Below the pieces are notes generated by a model, which made no database searches, was not told the DNA's origin, and saw only the letters and a list, made by a program, of their open reading frames with translations. A DNA stretch of 64,000 nucleotides from Candidatus Latescibacterota bacterium (GTDB lineage Bacteria > Latescibacterota > UBA2968), in contig OZ241986.1 of assembly GCA_965204375.1 (NCBI GenBank), positions 5,248,001 through 5,312,000 on the forward strand. Reading direction: 5' to 3'. A program made the translations under genes and the position numbers. Below are positions 41,312 through 51,345 of this stretch, piece after piece (the stretch's first letter is position 1; each line of letters opens with the position of its first letter).

Positions 41312-43264
41312 TTACTCAGGCCGTTCCCGCACCATCTCATGCCCTTCGAGAATGTCGTAGGCAACCGCACCCTGGCTCTGGTCGGGAGGCGCAATGCCGA
41401 AGATGTGGCAAAGTGTGGGGACGACGTCTGCGGCGTGGATGTAGCCGAGTTTGTCGGTGGGGCGCTCGTAGCCTTTTTTGATGCCGGGACCCGATAGGAA
41501 AAAAGAACCAAAGCTCGATGAGATGTCGCTGCGCGTGGGGATAAAGCCGCCGTGGTGTGCGCCGAAGACTTCAGGTGCGCCTACGCAGCCACCGCCCACG
41601 ATGCCTTTCCACTGGCCGTAGTACCCGCTGACGAACCCGTGATCCCAGGCGAAAATGACGTCGCCGCACTGGTCGCCCCATTGTCCGAGTATGTACGCGT
41701 CGCGTCTGGGCAGGGCGATGGCAACGACATTGCGACCGATGTCTTCATCGACCCAGGTGCGAAGGGCGAGGAGGAGATCGCGTTCGATTTCGTCGAATTT
41801 TGGACCGGGTTCGGCGTTGATCCAGATGTCGAATCCCTTGTCGTCTTTGAGGTAGGCGCGGGTTTTTTCAAAGTCGATTTCTCTTTCGAGGACTTCATCG
41901 CGCTCGACGCCGTCGCTGGCGTCTTCTTTCAGGACGGTGAATCCGCTGTCGTGCAGGAATTTTCGGATATTGGCGATACGCACATCTGGCGATGCGCCGT
42001 GATCGGAAAGCACACCGACATAAGTGCTGTCATCGGCGGCATCCCACATGCGTTTTAAAATTTTGTCGCCGACGATGTAGGCTTTGCGGAAAAGGTGCAT
42101 GACATCGTCGGCTTTGTCGGGATCGTAAGCCGGACAAACCGGATCGACGCCGTCGAGGTGGATGTGGTTGATGTAGTCGTAGAGATGCCAGTGACAGATA
42201 AAGAAATTGGCATCTTTTTCGTGGAGCATATAATTGGCTACGTCGGCAAACCAGAGGCCCTGATATTCGCATTCTTCAAGGGCGGTGTCAAAGTCGGTCA
42301 TGCCAGATGTGTAAGGGGTCATGGAGGCGTGTTCTTGATAGGGACCAAATCGCTGGATGAGTTCGTCGGCGAGGTCATCTGGATATGTGAAGCCATCGCC
42401 ATAAGTGATCTGAGAGCGGTAGAGCTTGAGATGGGAGCCGTCGGGTTCGAGTTCGAGGAGTTTGAAGCGCACAGAGGCGCGTTGTTCGCGGCTTTCAATG
42501 CAGAAGGGTTCGATGGCCCAGTTGCTCCACGATCCCGTGCTGGTTTCGGCGATGTGGTCGTTGCCGTTTTGGGAGCGACAGACGCGCAGTGTGTCGTATC
42601 CGCCATTGGTACTGGAGAAGACGAGCAGGTGATAGCGGTTGATGTCGCCGCCGAGGCGCGCGTGGATTTCAATGGTGGAAGCGAGAGGGGGGACAGCACT
42701 CTGTGGCAGATTGGCCCAGCCCTCCGCAGGCGATAGGGCAGGGATGGGTTCTATGCTTCGCTGTCTTCTGCGTACGGCTGTGCCGTCGTGGTCCATTTCC
42801 ACGATTTCTTCGACGTGTTTGGCGGTGGTATAAGCCTGTGCCGCGGCGATTTCATAGTCGGTGCTGGCGTGTCCGGGGTGACCAAATCCGTCGATGACAT
42901 ATCCTTTTTCCACGCCTGAGGGATGCGCTGCCGGATAGTGCAGGGCAACGCCTTTGAGTCCTTCGCGCTCGAGGGCGTTCCACAGGCGTTGGGCATTGTT
43001 GGCGCGACCGTGAAAAGAGTTGATGCGTTCGCCGGGAGCGACTTCAACGCGCCAGCGCGTGACGCTGTGGGTGCCGGTGTGCGCGCCAGTGGAGAGGGTT
43101 GCCCAGTTGGTGGGCGTCCAGACGGGGAAGGAGGGGAAGGTTTCGTTGACTGCGCCCTCGTCGAGCAGGCGTTTGAAGGTTGGGATAACGCCTTCGTCGG
43201 CAAAGTATTTCATCATGGGAGTGATGAAGCCGTCCATGCCGTAGGCGATGATTTTTTTTGACAT
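41312..43264 (-). CDS. alkaline phosphatase superfamily (nucleotide pyrophosphatase/phosphodiesterase-like)
   Basis: YGMDG, WTPTNWATLSTG, SDHG, ADVVPT. Confidence 0.85.
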   Translation of the reverse strand: MSKKIIAYGMDGFITPMMKYFADEGVIPTFKRLLDEGAVNETFPSFPVWTPTNWATLSTGAHTGTHSVTRWRVEVAPGERINSFHGRANNAQRLWNALEREGLKGVALHYPAAHPSGVEKGYVIDGFGHPGHASTDYEIAAAQAYTTAKHVEEIVEMDHDGTAVRRRQRSIEPIPALSPAEGWANLPQSAVPPLASTIEIHARLGGDINRYHLLVFSSTNGGYDTLRVCRSQNGNDHIAETSTGSWSNWAIEPFCIESREQRASVRFKLLELEPDGSHLKLYRSQITYGDGFTYPDDLADELIQRFGPYQEHASMTPYTSGMTDFDTALEECEYQGLWFADVANYMLHEKDANFFICHWHLYDYINHIHLDGVDPVCPAYDPDKADDVMHLFRKAYIVGDKILKRMWDAADDSTYVGVLSDHGASPDVRIANIRKFLHDSGFTVLKEDASDGVERDEVLEREIDFEKTRAYLKDDKGFDIWINAEPGPKFDEIERDLLLALRTWVDEDIGRNVVAIALPRRDAYILGQWGDQCGDVIFAWDHGFVSGYYGQWKGIVGGGCVGAPEVFGAHHGGFIPTRSDISSSFGSFFLSGPGIKKGYERPTDKLGYIHAADVVPTLCHIFGIAPPDQSQGAVAYDILEGHEMVRERPE

Positions 43265-43498
43265 GAAAATTCCTTTGTTAGAGGTTGATTGGGATTTCTC
43301 TTTTACGAGGTGGATTGTTAAAGATAGTGCAAAAACTAAAAAAAGCACTCCACAAATATTGTCGGAGTGCTTCTTCATTTTTTTTATGCTATTCAACTTC
43401 TCAGCACCACTTACCTTACCCCAGAATTTTCCTTGGGCCTAATGCAATAAGCATCCAGTGCTGCTTCAAACAGACAAACGACAACAATGCTCTTGTGT

Positions 43499-44212
43499 TC
43501 ATATAACAATGCTTCTGGAAGTCGTCGTATATGACTCCCGTACCACCCGATTTTTCTTAATACCTGATTGTGACCAGTGCTGTTCTATTGATTGGATAAA
43601 GTCTGGTCGCACCAATTTGGCCCTTTGTACAAGCAGATTATCCTGATCAAATCTAAGATAAAGACCCTCTGCTAACTCATCGCCTAATTTTGAAAATGAT
43701 AGAAATTCTTTTAGCTCTGAAAACGTGAAATGACCCTGTGCAATGAATGGGATTTTACTTATTCCCATCTCCTGAAGAAACTCATCGCGTTTATCTCTTG
43801 ACAGGAAGTGACCAGCTTGTTTGTCATAGATGTCGAAACCGAGAAACCAATCTGGTAATCGGTCATAAAAGACCGAATGTTGTGCATAGCACCATTCGCC
43901 AAAAAGGATATAGCGGTCAATCAAATGATCAAAAAGAATGTCCTCTTTCAGGGATAGCCACTCTGATAATTTTTTCCATTGTCCCAAACCGGGAAGAGAT
44001 AGGTACGCCCCTCGATTTTGAGCGTGGATATTGCCAGAGGAGTCAAACGAGATACCGAGGTTCGCCCCGTCAACCTTTTCTTCTACGACAAGTTTATGTC
44101 CCAAGAACGCGTCGCGTTCAGGCTCCGACAGGACCTTATCGCCCCGGATATCTACACCCCCAAGGAGTGCCAGGTGTGGCGTGGTAGGAAACTTAAAGAA
44201 ATTGTCTTTCAC
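43499..44212 (-). CDS. ATP-dependent RNA ligase family protein
   Basis: Motifs EEKVDGAN, LFGEW, FLGFDIY, AEGLY, RAKLV; GTG start overlaps the upstream stop (GTGA). Confidence 0.88.
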   Translation of the reverse strand: MKDNFFKFPTTPHLALLGGVDIRGDKVLSEPERDAFLGHKLVVEEKVDGANLGISFDSSGNIHAQNRGAYLSLPGLGQWKKLSEWLSLKEDILFDHLIDRYILFGEWCYAQHSVFYDRLPDWFLGFDIYDKQAGHFLSRDKRDEFLQEMGISKIPFIAQGHFTFSELKEFLSFSKLGDELAEGLYLRFDQDNLLVQRAKLVRPDFIQSIEQHWSQSGIKKNRVVRESYTTTSRSIVI

Positions 44213-44742
44213 AGACCCTTCTCCTCGTATTTTGCTTTGATATAACACTCACAAAGAAAATGAACTTCAATTCCTGCTTTGGCTAAAGCATCCTTCCATC
44301 CCCACCATTTGCTATCCGTCGCCTGTAAAATAGGCGGTTTTTTAGCGTGTGCATTCGCCACGGCGACAAACTTGCGATCAGAAAGATCAAAATGCTCCAG
44401 ACCGGGATGCTCGTTAGTATCAGGAAATTCATCATAGGAACTGTCGTTCCTGGTAATTGTTATCCGATCGCAATTGGGTCCCCAGCAATGGTCATAGACC
44501 CACTTCATGAATCGGTCTCCCACACCGGGCTGTCCCCGCATGTTAAGATTTTGGCGGTACTCCCTGAGAATTTCATCTGCGTCGTCAATAACCAGGCAAT
44601 CATTATTGATAACATGTTCAACGGCATCTATACAGGCCAGTACACAGTCATACTCCTCTGGCGGAATATTATCGGGTTGTAAAGCGCGATTGGCCATCAC
44701 AGGAACGTTGGTATCAACCAGACATTTCTTCGGCAAATTCAT
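44209..44742 (-). CDS. PIN-like domain protein
   Basis: Acidic tetrad pattern in LVDTNV, ILREY, SDRKF, ATDSK. Confidence 0.7.
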   Translation of the reverse strand: MNLPKKCLVDTNVPVMANRALQPDNIPPEEYDCVLACIDAVEHVINNDCLVIDDADEILREYRQNLNMRGQPGVGDRFMKWVYDHCWGPNCDRITITRNDSSYDEFPDTNEHPGLEHFDLSDRKFVAVANAHAKKPPILQATDSKWWGWKDALAKAGIEVHFLCECYIKAKYEEKGL

Positions 44743-44744
44743 TT

Positions 44745-46268
44745 TTATCTCTCTAAGTTAGGCGTCTGTTTTTGTATCCGCTTTTCCATTGCCGCCCGGG
44801 CTTGCGCGGTAATGTCTCCCATCTCATCACCGAAAAAATTCTCTGGCCAGTTTCGTATATTGCCAAACTCGTCTATATCCAGAGGCTCCAGCTTAGCCCC
44901 TGCTTTTGCCTTGATGTTTTCTTGTGCGATTTCTTCCAATTTTTTCGCTGTGGCTTCGCCAATGCCAGGCACCTCGCGTAGTCTCCTTGGCATGCGAACG
45001 AGTTCATTGGCAGACGAAATGCCTGCATCCTCAAGCCGGTTTCGCATCACTTGCGTAATGTTGGGCACCGCGACCAATGGTACTGTGTTATTGATATTGG
45101 AGAAATAGACCGATACTTTGTCTTGAGACAAGCGATCCTCGGCAATTCGTCTTTGTAATCGCCGGAGAAAATGCTCGGAGTGGGTTTCAATGATCAACTG
45201 GATATTTCTTTCTTTTACGACCTCAATCATCACATCTGCCAAAGCCGATTGTGCATAAGGGTGAAGATGAACTTCTGGCTGATCTATCAGGATAATAGAT
45301 CCCTCTGGTGCATAGTCAAATTGTACGAGCACTGGAAGTACCTGAGAGATACCGAACCCGACATCTGGAAGTTCCACCCACGTAATTGATCCCTTAGTAC
45401 GCACCAGGACTTTATACAACCGATCAACAAGTTTTTCAACTTTAAAATCCTCAATCAGCCCTATATACTTGAGCTTGCTGGCGATGCGCCTTTCAAACCT
45501 CTCCTTATCCTGGGCTGCTAAAATTGCCGCGACAGTATCTTCGCCTTCATATCCCACACTTTCTGGCGTTCCTCCGGTATTGTCATACGAACGCGCAGTT
45601 TTGGTGCGGAGCGGACCGAGATAGAAAAGAGTAATGAAAAGTTCTTCATGCTTATGGTTGAATTCTCGGAGAATATCTCCGTTCCGATAGCGCGTAATTA
45701 GTGCATGAGGAAAGCGATAAAAACGGTCGGGTAAACCCCTATATAATTCCTCTATCTGCTCCGATCTCTTCTTTAATGTTAAATCAGGCGATTCAACTTT
45801 ATACGACCTTGTTCCAGGCCATCGCTCCATTCCAAATAAAAGCTGTTTTTCCCCATCCCTGATCAATCTATATTTAAATGATTTGACATAATCTTTTATG
45901 TCCCCAGTACTAACTTCTGCTTGAAAGGCGAGATCCTTACCGGAAAATCTCTCATGAGGGGGATTGGGGTTTATGACTGTCAGTGACTCTCTGAGTGACC
46001 ATTGGTACTCAAATCCAATATCTCTTTCTATATCGCGCTGGAAGACCATTTCACGGTACGATCCCAGTTGAACAGCCGAATATCTATCACCAAGATGAAA
46101 CACGTCTCGCCCTCGTGATTCAACAGTCTGCTTCAGCATGATCAGGAACTGGCCAATACTGGACTTACCGGAACTGTTGGCACCAAAGAAAAGGGTAATA
46201 GGGGCAAGGTCAATTTCGCCAGTATCCTCCCAAACCTTGAAGTTTTGAATTCGCAATTTCTTTAGCAT
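44745..46268 (-). CDS. ABC-type ATPase (AAA_15/21) with DUF3696-like C-terminus and an inserted HhH module
   Basis: GANSSGKS, VGFGISQ, IDQPEVHLHP, IETHSEH, WPENFF; insert contains VPGIGEATAKKL. Confidence 0.85.
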   Translation of the reverse strand: MLKKLRIQNFKVWEDTGEIDLAPITLFFGANSSGKSSIGQFLIMLKQTVESRGRDVFHLGDRYSAVQLGSYREMVFQRDIERDIGFEYQWSLRESLTVINPNPPHERFSGKDLAFQAEVSTGDIKDYVKSFKYRLIRDGEKQLLFGMERWPGTRSYKVESPDLTLKKRSEQIEELYRGLPDRFYRFPHALITRYRNGDILREFNHKHEELFITLFYLGPLRTKTARSYDNTGGTPESVGYEGEDTVAAILAAQDKERFERRIASKLKYIGLIEDFKVEKLVDRLYKVLVRTKGSITWVELPDVGFGISQVLPVLVQFDYAPEGSIILIDQPEVHLHPYAQSALADVMIEVVKERNIQLIIETHSEHFLRRLQRRIAEDRLSQDKVSVYFSNINNTVPLVAVPNITQVMRNRLEDAGISSANELVRMPRRLREVPGIGEATAKKLEEIAQENIKAKAGAKLEPLDIDEFGNIRNWPENFFGDEMGDITAQARAAMEKRIQKQTPNLER

Positions 46269-46405
46269 ATTTTTCCTTCATTCTGTTTGTCGCTTGTAAG
46301 TCATTTATCTTCATATACAAATAGGATTTGAAAAAAAGTAGCATCCAACCCCTTAAAACGCAAGCAGAATTAGAAACAGAATCCTACCAGGGAGTGAGAC
46401 AGTTT

Positions 46406-47143
46406 CTAAATTGGTCGTCGCGTGAGACTGAAGGTTTGAGCGGTCGGTCCCCCGTCGGGTTGGGTGGCTAAAAAGAGCGCGAGGGGGGCGACATCTTCGG
46501 GTGCTTTGACGACTTCGCTGGGTGCGAAGGGCGGTGGACCGCCCACTCTCATGCGACCGCCGGTAAGACGTGTGGCTACCGGGCCGGGGATGAGTTCGTT
46601 GACCGTGATGTTGTGTTCCCAGACTTCTTCTGATAGGCATTGGGTGAACATCCACATACCGGCTTTGCCAACGTGATACGCAGAACCGCCCGCTCTGGGG
46701 CGATGGCCCATGCCCGATCCTACGTTGATGACTCTGCCACCGCCGGAGTCAATCATGAGGGGGAGCAAGGCGTGTGAGACGAGGTAGGCACTGATGCAGT
46801 TTACCGTGACGTCTTTGATCCAGAGATCGGGATCGCTGTCGAGGATGCTGTTGCGCTCTATGCCGCCGCCCGCATTGTTGACGAGGATGTCCAGGCGGTC
46901 AAATTCTCCGCGAACTTTTTCGGCCAGTGCATCTACGCTCTGGCGGTTGGTGACGTCGGTGGGTACGGACAGGACTTTGCGGCCGAGGGCGCGAATTTCT
47001 TCGGCAACGGCATCGAGTTGTTCGGTCGTGCGTGCGGCGAGTATGAGGTCGGCTCCTTCTGTGGCAAAGGCGATGGCAATGGCGCGACCAATACCCCGCC
47101 CACTGCCTGTGACGAGTGCGATTTTTCCGGTGAGTTGTGACAT
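46406..47143 (-). CDS. SDR oxidoreductase
   Basis: TGSGRGIG, NNAG, YHVGK. Confidence 0.92.
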   Translation of the reverse strand: MSQLTGKIALVTGSGRGIGRAIAIAFATEGADLILAARTTEQLDAVAEEIRALGRKVLSVPTDVTNRQSVDALAEKVRGEFDRLDILVNNAGGGIERNSILDSDPDLWIKDVTVNCISAYLVSHALLPLMIDSGGGRVINVGSGMGHRPRAGGSAYHVGKAGMWMFTQCLSEEVWEHNITVNELIPGPVATRLTGGRMRVGGPPPFAPSEVVKAPEDVAPLALFLATQPDGGPTAQTFSLTRRPI

Positions 47144-47165
47144 GAGGTCTCCTTGAGAAACTATT

Positions 47166-48290
47166 TTACCAATCAACGACCGATCCGTCATCTGGGTGAA
47201 GGGATCTTTGATTGGTCCAGTCGTGGCCAATTTTGTCTTCCATTTTGTCGTCGTCCAGTTCAATACCAAGGCCGGGACCTTTGGGCAATTCGACGTAGCC
47301 GTCTTTGAATTGGAACGGTTCTTTGAGATAGTCTTCGCCAAACATGGTGTGTTCCTGCGCGAGGAAGTTGGGGATGCTGGCGTCGAGCTGGATGCAGGCG
47401 GCTAATGAAATGGGGCCGAGCGGACAGTGCGGGGCAACGGCTGCGTAATAGGATTCGGCGATGCCTGCGATCAGACGGGTTTCGAAGATGCCGCCGGCGT
47501 GTGACAGGTCGGGTTGTATGATGGAACAGGCGCGTTTTTCGAGGAGGTCGCGGAAGCCCCATTTGGTGAAGATGCGTTCGCCTGTTGCGATGGGCAAGTG
47601 GGTTTTGCGCGCGAGTTCTGCCATGCCTTCTATGTCTTGACACTGGATGGGTTCTTCGACAAACATCGGCTGGTAGGGTTCGAGTGCTTTGATGAGTATG
47701 GCGGCGGTTTGCGGTGATATGGCGCCGTGAAAGTCGATGGCGATGTCAAAGTCCGGTCCGCCCGCTTCGCGCATGGCGGCAAATGTTTCGACGGCGCGAT
47801 CGATAAAGGCCGGGGTTTCGACGATGCGCGCCGGGCGAATTTTGGCCGGACCGGTCTTTATGGCGATAAATCCCTGTTTTTTGCGCTCTTTTACCGCGGC
47901 AGCAGCCTGTTCGGGCGTGCCGCCCCCTCCCGTGCCTTTGTACATTTTGATGCGGTCGCGCAGGGGGCCGCCGAGCATTTCATAGACGGGCATGTTCGCG
48001 GCTTTTCCGGCGAGGTCCCAAAGTGCTTGTTCAACACCGGATAGGGCGCTGGTGAGAATGGGTCCGCCGCGATAGAATGCATGGCGATACATGGCCTGCC
48101 AGTGATGGACCACGCGACGGGGGTCTTTGCCGATGAGATAGGGTTCGAGTTCTGCTACGGCTTGAGCGCAGGTACGGGCGCGTCCTTCGAGGATGGGTTC
48201 GCCAAGGCCGACGAGGCCCTCGTCTGTGTGCATTTTGAGAAAGAGCCAGCGCGGTTTGACGAGAAAGGTTTCGAGTTTGGTGATTTTCAT
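47166..48290 (-). CDS. dgoD: galactonate dehydratase
   Basis: MKITKLETF..PRWLFLK, FYRGGPIL, DFHG, PHCPLGPI, DGSVVDW. Confidence 0.88.
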   Translation of the reverse strand: MKITKLETFLVKPRWLFLKMHTDEGLVGLGEPILEGRARTCAQAVAELEPYLIGKDPRRVVHHWQAMYRHAFYRGGPILTSALSGVEQALWDLAGKAANMPVYEMLGGPLRDRIKMYKGTGGGGTPEQAAAAVKERKKQGFIAIKTGPAKIRPARIVETPAFIDRAVETFAAMREAGGPDFDIAIDFHGAISPQTAAILIKALEPYQPMFVEEPIQCQDIEGMAELARKTHLPIATGERIFTKWGFRDLLEKRACSIIQPDLSHAGGIFETRLIAGIAESYYAAVAPHCPLGPISLAACIQLDASIPNFLAQEHTMFGEDYLKEPFQFKDGYVELPKGPGLGIELDDDKMEDKIGHDWTNQRSLHPDDGSVVDW

Positions 48291-48300
48291 GGTATCTCCT

Positions 48301-49128
48301 TTAGAGTGGTTCACACAAATATGCGATGAGAATTTCCTGGTCGCGGTATTCCGGGATGATGATATCTGCACCGACTTCGATGAGCCGGTTTCGCTTCCAG
48401 GCATTGATGCCTTTGCGTTTGACTTCGTCTGATGCGACGCCGACTGCGGTGCCTCCTACAGCTTTTACGTTTTCGATTTCGACGTATCCATCTCCAAAAC
48501 CGAGGAGTTCAGAGCCGTCTATGGCGTGGGTCTTGAGCATGTTTTGTATGACCATGGCTTTGGAAAAGTTTTCGTGCTGGTCCAATGCGCCAAAGACGCG
48601 GTCTTCAAAGTAGGGTGTAAGGCCCAGTAATTCGACTTCGCGGCGGACAAAGACGAGATCGGTGCCGCTGGCTAAATAAAGTACCAGGCCGCGGTTGGAC
48701 AGGTTGTCGAGCAGTGCGCGGGTGTGGGGTAGCATGAGGTCGTTGGGGGCGATATCGCCTGTTTCGAGGCCGCGAATGCGATGGGCTATGTGGGCGTTGA
48801 GGAGGTCGTGAAAGCGCTGTTTGTAGGTCAGGGGATCGTCTGGCGTGCCACCGCGTTTTTGGATTTCTCGACACAACTGAATCATCTGGTAGATGGTTTG
48901 TTTGCCGGTGAGGCGGTCGATGAATTCGGTGACCAGAGCGCGATATTCCGCTTCGGTTTCGCCGGTGTTGAGTTTGGAGAGTACCTCGACCATCATGGGG
49001 ATCATGATTTCGCGCCAGCCCTGGCGAATGAGCGACAATGTGCCGTCAAAATCAAAGAGTACTGAACGGTAATGTCCCCGGGGGATGTGTGTTGCAATGA
49101 TTTCAATGTTGCCGATGTGTTGACTCAT
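48301..49128 (-). CDS. HAD-family hydrolase
   Basis: FDFDGT, LASGT, GFGDG. Confidence 0.88.
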   Translation of the reverse strand: MSQHIGNIEIIATHIPRGHYRSVLFDFDGTLSLIRQGWREIMIPMMVEVLSKLNTGETEAEYRALVTEFIDRLTGKQTIYQMIQLCREIQKRGGTPDDPLTYKQRFHDLLNAHIAHRIRGLETGDIAPNDLMLPHTRALLDNLSNRGLVLYLASGTDLVFVRREVELLGLTPYFEDRVFGALDQHENFSKAMVIQNMLKTHAIDGSELLGFGDGYVEIENVKAVGGTAVGVASDEVKRKGINAWKRNRLIEVGADIIIPEYRDQEILIAYLCEPL

Positions 49129-49291
49129 AAGTGTATTCCTGTTGAACGGTGCGTCAATAAAGGGATTCGCGCTTGAAAAATCAAGCGCGTAATGACCGCT
49201 GATTACTGCCAAATGTGTTTGAAAATTTTGGAATCTCCGTTATATTGTAACACTGGCCCAAATTGGTTTTTTAGAAAAAAAGGCGCGATGA

Positions 49292-49957
49292 ATGCAGAGC
49301 GATAGTACGTCAGGTCATGTGGCATCGGTCCAGACGCAAAATGGAAATTTTCGGCTTGACGCGGTCACGATTGACGAGCAAGTGCATCATGTGCTTTCTA
49401 TAAATGGGTGTGCGATTGCGAGTAGCAGTTCCAATTTGGAGATCGCACTTGCCGATCTCGCACTATCTGGCATTTCCCCAGATCAGAGATATGCCGATGT
49501 GTTGGTCGGTGGGCTTGGATTGGGCGTGACGCTGCGGCAGGTGTTGAAGCACAGGGCTGTGCAGTCCGTTTGTGTGGTGGAAATTGAGCCGCAAATAGTA
49601 GAATGGAATCGCACCTTTTTGACCAATGCCGATTTGCTCAATGACGCACGGGTTGAGCTTATTGTGGGCGATTTTTGTTCTTATGTGCAGGGTTCACCGC
49701 GCAATTATCACGGTATTGCGATGCATATTGATGTTGGGCCAGATCAGGTGGCGCGAGCAGAGAATCGTCAGGCTTACAGTTTGTCGATGTTGCGCGTGTT
49801 GCAAATGCGACTTCGAGCGGGGGGGGCACTTGCGATTTGTGCGGGTGGGACATCTTACGAACGGGCACTCCGGCGCGTTTTTGATGCGGTTTCTGTGCAG
49901 TCCGATCCTGCAGATCAGAGTAGGTCGCGTAGAATTTATCAGGTTATAGCGCAATAG
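49292..49957 (+). CDS. spermidine-synthase-like SAM-binding protein
   Basis: VLVGGLGLG.TL, VVEIEP. Confidence 0.75.
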   Translation: MQSDSTSGHVASVQTQNGNFRLDAVTIDEQVHHVLSINGCAIASSSSNLEIALADLALSGISPDQRYADVLVGGLGLGVTLRQVLKHRAVQSVCVVEIEPQIVEWNRTFLTNADLLNDARVELIVGDFCSYVQGSPRNYHGIAMHIDVGPDQVARAENRQAYSLSMLRVLQMRLRAGGALAICAGGTSYERALRRVFDAVSVQSDPADQSRSRRIYQVIAQ

Positions 49958-50005
49958 CAGAACAATTCTCCTCCAAATGGGTGGATTATGAGAAAGGGGC
50001 TTGTG

Positions 50006-51313
50006 ATGAGCAAGGATTCACTTACAGTTATTGATAATCGAAATGGAAATACGTATGATTTACCTATTGCTTATGGCACGTATTCTGAGGATGGCGCCCA
50101 TGTGCGTTCGGCAGAGTTGAACCAAATCAAGGGTTCTGATAATGACTTTGGCCTGTTGGGATACGACCCGGCGTATATCAATACGGCATCTTGTAGCAGT
50201 TCGGTTACGTATATCGATGGTGCACAGGGGATTTTGCGCTATCGCGGATATCCCATTGAGCAGTTGGTGGCGGAGTCGTCTTATCTCGAAGTGGCCTATT
50301 TGCTGGTTTATGGCGAGTTGCCAGGCCGCGATCAATTGGACGGGTTTTCCGGGCAGGTAAATTCTCAAACGGTGATTTCAGACGATATTTTGTCTTTTAT
50401 CGATGGTTTTCCCAAAGGGTCTCACACGATGGGTATGCTGGTGGGTGTGTTGGGGGCACTGTCGGTGTTTTACGACGATGAGCGAGATTTTGGAACCGAA
50501 GAGGCACAACTTCGTCATATTTGTCGTCTGATCGGCAATGTTATGACCATAGGTGCTGCGGTGCATCGCCGCAGTGCTGGCTCGTCTTATGTGTCGGCAA
50601 ATCCCGAGTTGGGATTTTACGGTAATTTTTTAAATATGTTGTTTGGCACGGAGGGTGAGGTATATCGGGCTGATCCGGTGCTTGAGCGCGCGCTGGAAGT
50701 GTTGCTCATTTTGCACGCTGATCACGGTCAGAATTTATCTACCAGTATCATGCGGGGCGTTGCCAGCGGGGGGGCAGATCCGTATTCGTCTATGGCTGGC
50801 GCAGCAGCGGCGCTTTACGGTCCGGCACACGGGGGCGCGAATGAAGCCGTGCTCAATATGCTCAATGAGATCGGCTCAGTGGATAAGGTGCCGGCTTATA
50901 TCGAGCGGGTGGAGAACAAAGAGGTGGTGTTGCAGGGGTTTGGGCATCGGGTTTACAAGAATTACGATCCCAGGGCGGCGATTGTCAAAGAGACCGCGTA
51001 TAGTGTGTTTGAAGTGACGGGTAAGAATCCCCTGATTGATATTGCGCTGGAGTTGGAGCGGATTGCCCTTCAGGATGAGTATTTTATTTCGCGGCAATTG
51101 TATCCCAATGTGGATTTTTATTCGGGTATTATCTATCAGGCGATTGGATTGCCCACGCGGATGATGACGGTGTTATTTGCTGTGGGGCGGTCGTGTGGCT
51201 GGCTGGCGCAGTGGAAAGAGATGCTGGGGGATAGCGAACAGAAGATCGCCCGCCCGCGCCAGATTTATACCGGAGCAGATAAACGCGATTACGTGAGGAT
51301 GGATCAGCGATAA
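50006..51313 (+). CDS. gltA: citrate synthase
   Basis: LRYRGYPI, HADH, GPAHGGANE, GFGHRVYK, PNVDFYSG. Confidence 0.95.
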   Translation: MSKDSLTVIDNRNGNTYDLPIAYGTYSEDGAHVRSAELNQIKGSDNDFGLLGYDPAYINTASCSSSVTYIDGAQGILRYRGYPIEQLVAESSYLEVAYLLVYGELPGRDQLDGFSGQVNSQTVISDDILSFIDGFPKGSHTMGMLVGVLGALSVFYDDERDFGTEEAQLRHICRLIGNVMTIGAAVHRRSAGSSYVSANPELGFYGNFLNMLFGTEGEVYRADPVLERALEVLLILHADHGQNLSTSIMRGVASGGADPYSSMAGAAAALYGPAHGGANEAVLNMLNEIGSVDKVPAYIERVENKEVVLQGFGHRVYKNYDPRAAIVKETAYSVFEVTGKNPLIDIALELERIALQDEYFISRQLYPNVDFYSGIIYQAIGLPTRMMTVLFAVGRSCGWLAQWKEMLGDSEQKIARPRQIYTGADKRDYVRMDQR

Positions 51314-51345
51314 TTCCCCATTGTAACGAGAATTGGAGGCAGGCG

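Noticed and set aside
43440-46400. Direct repeats flanking the ATPase-PIN-ligase operon (agcatcca...ctt.aaac)
   Set aside because: The similarity is too short and gapped to support.
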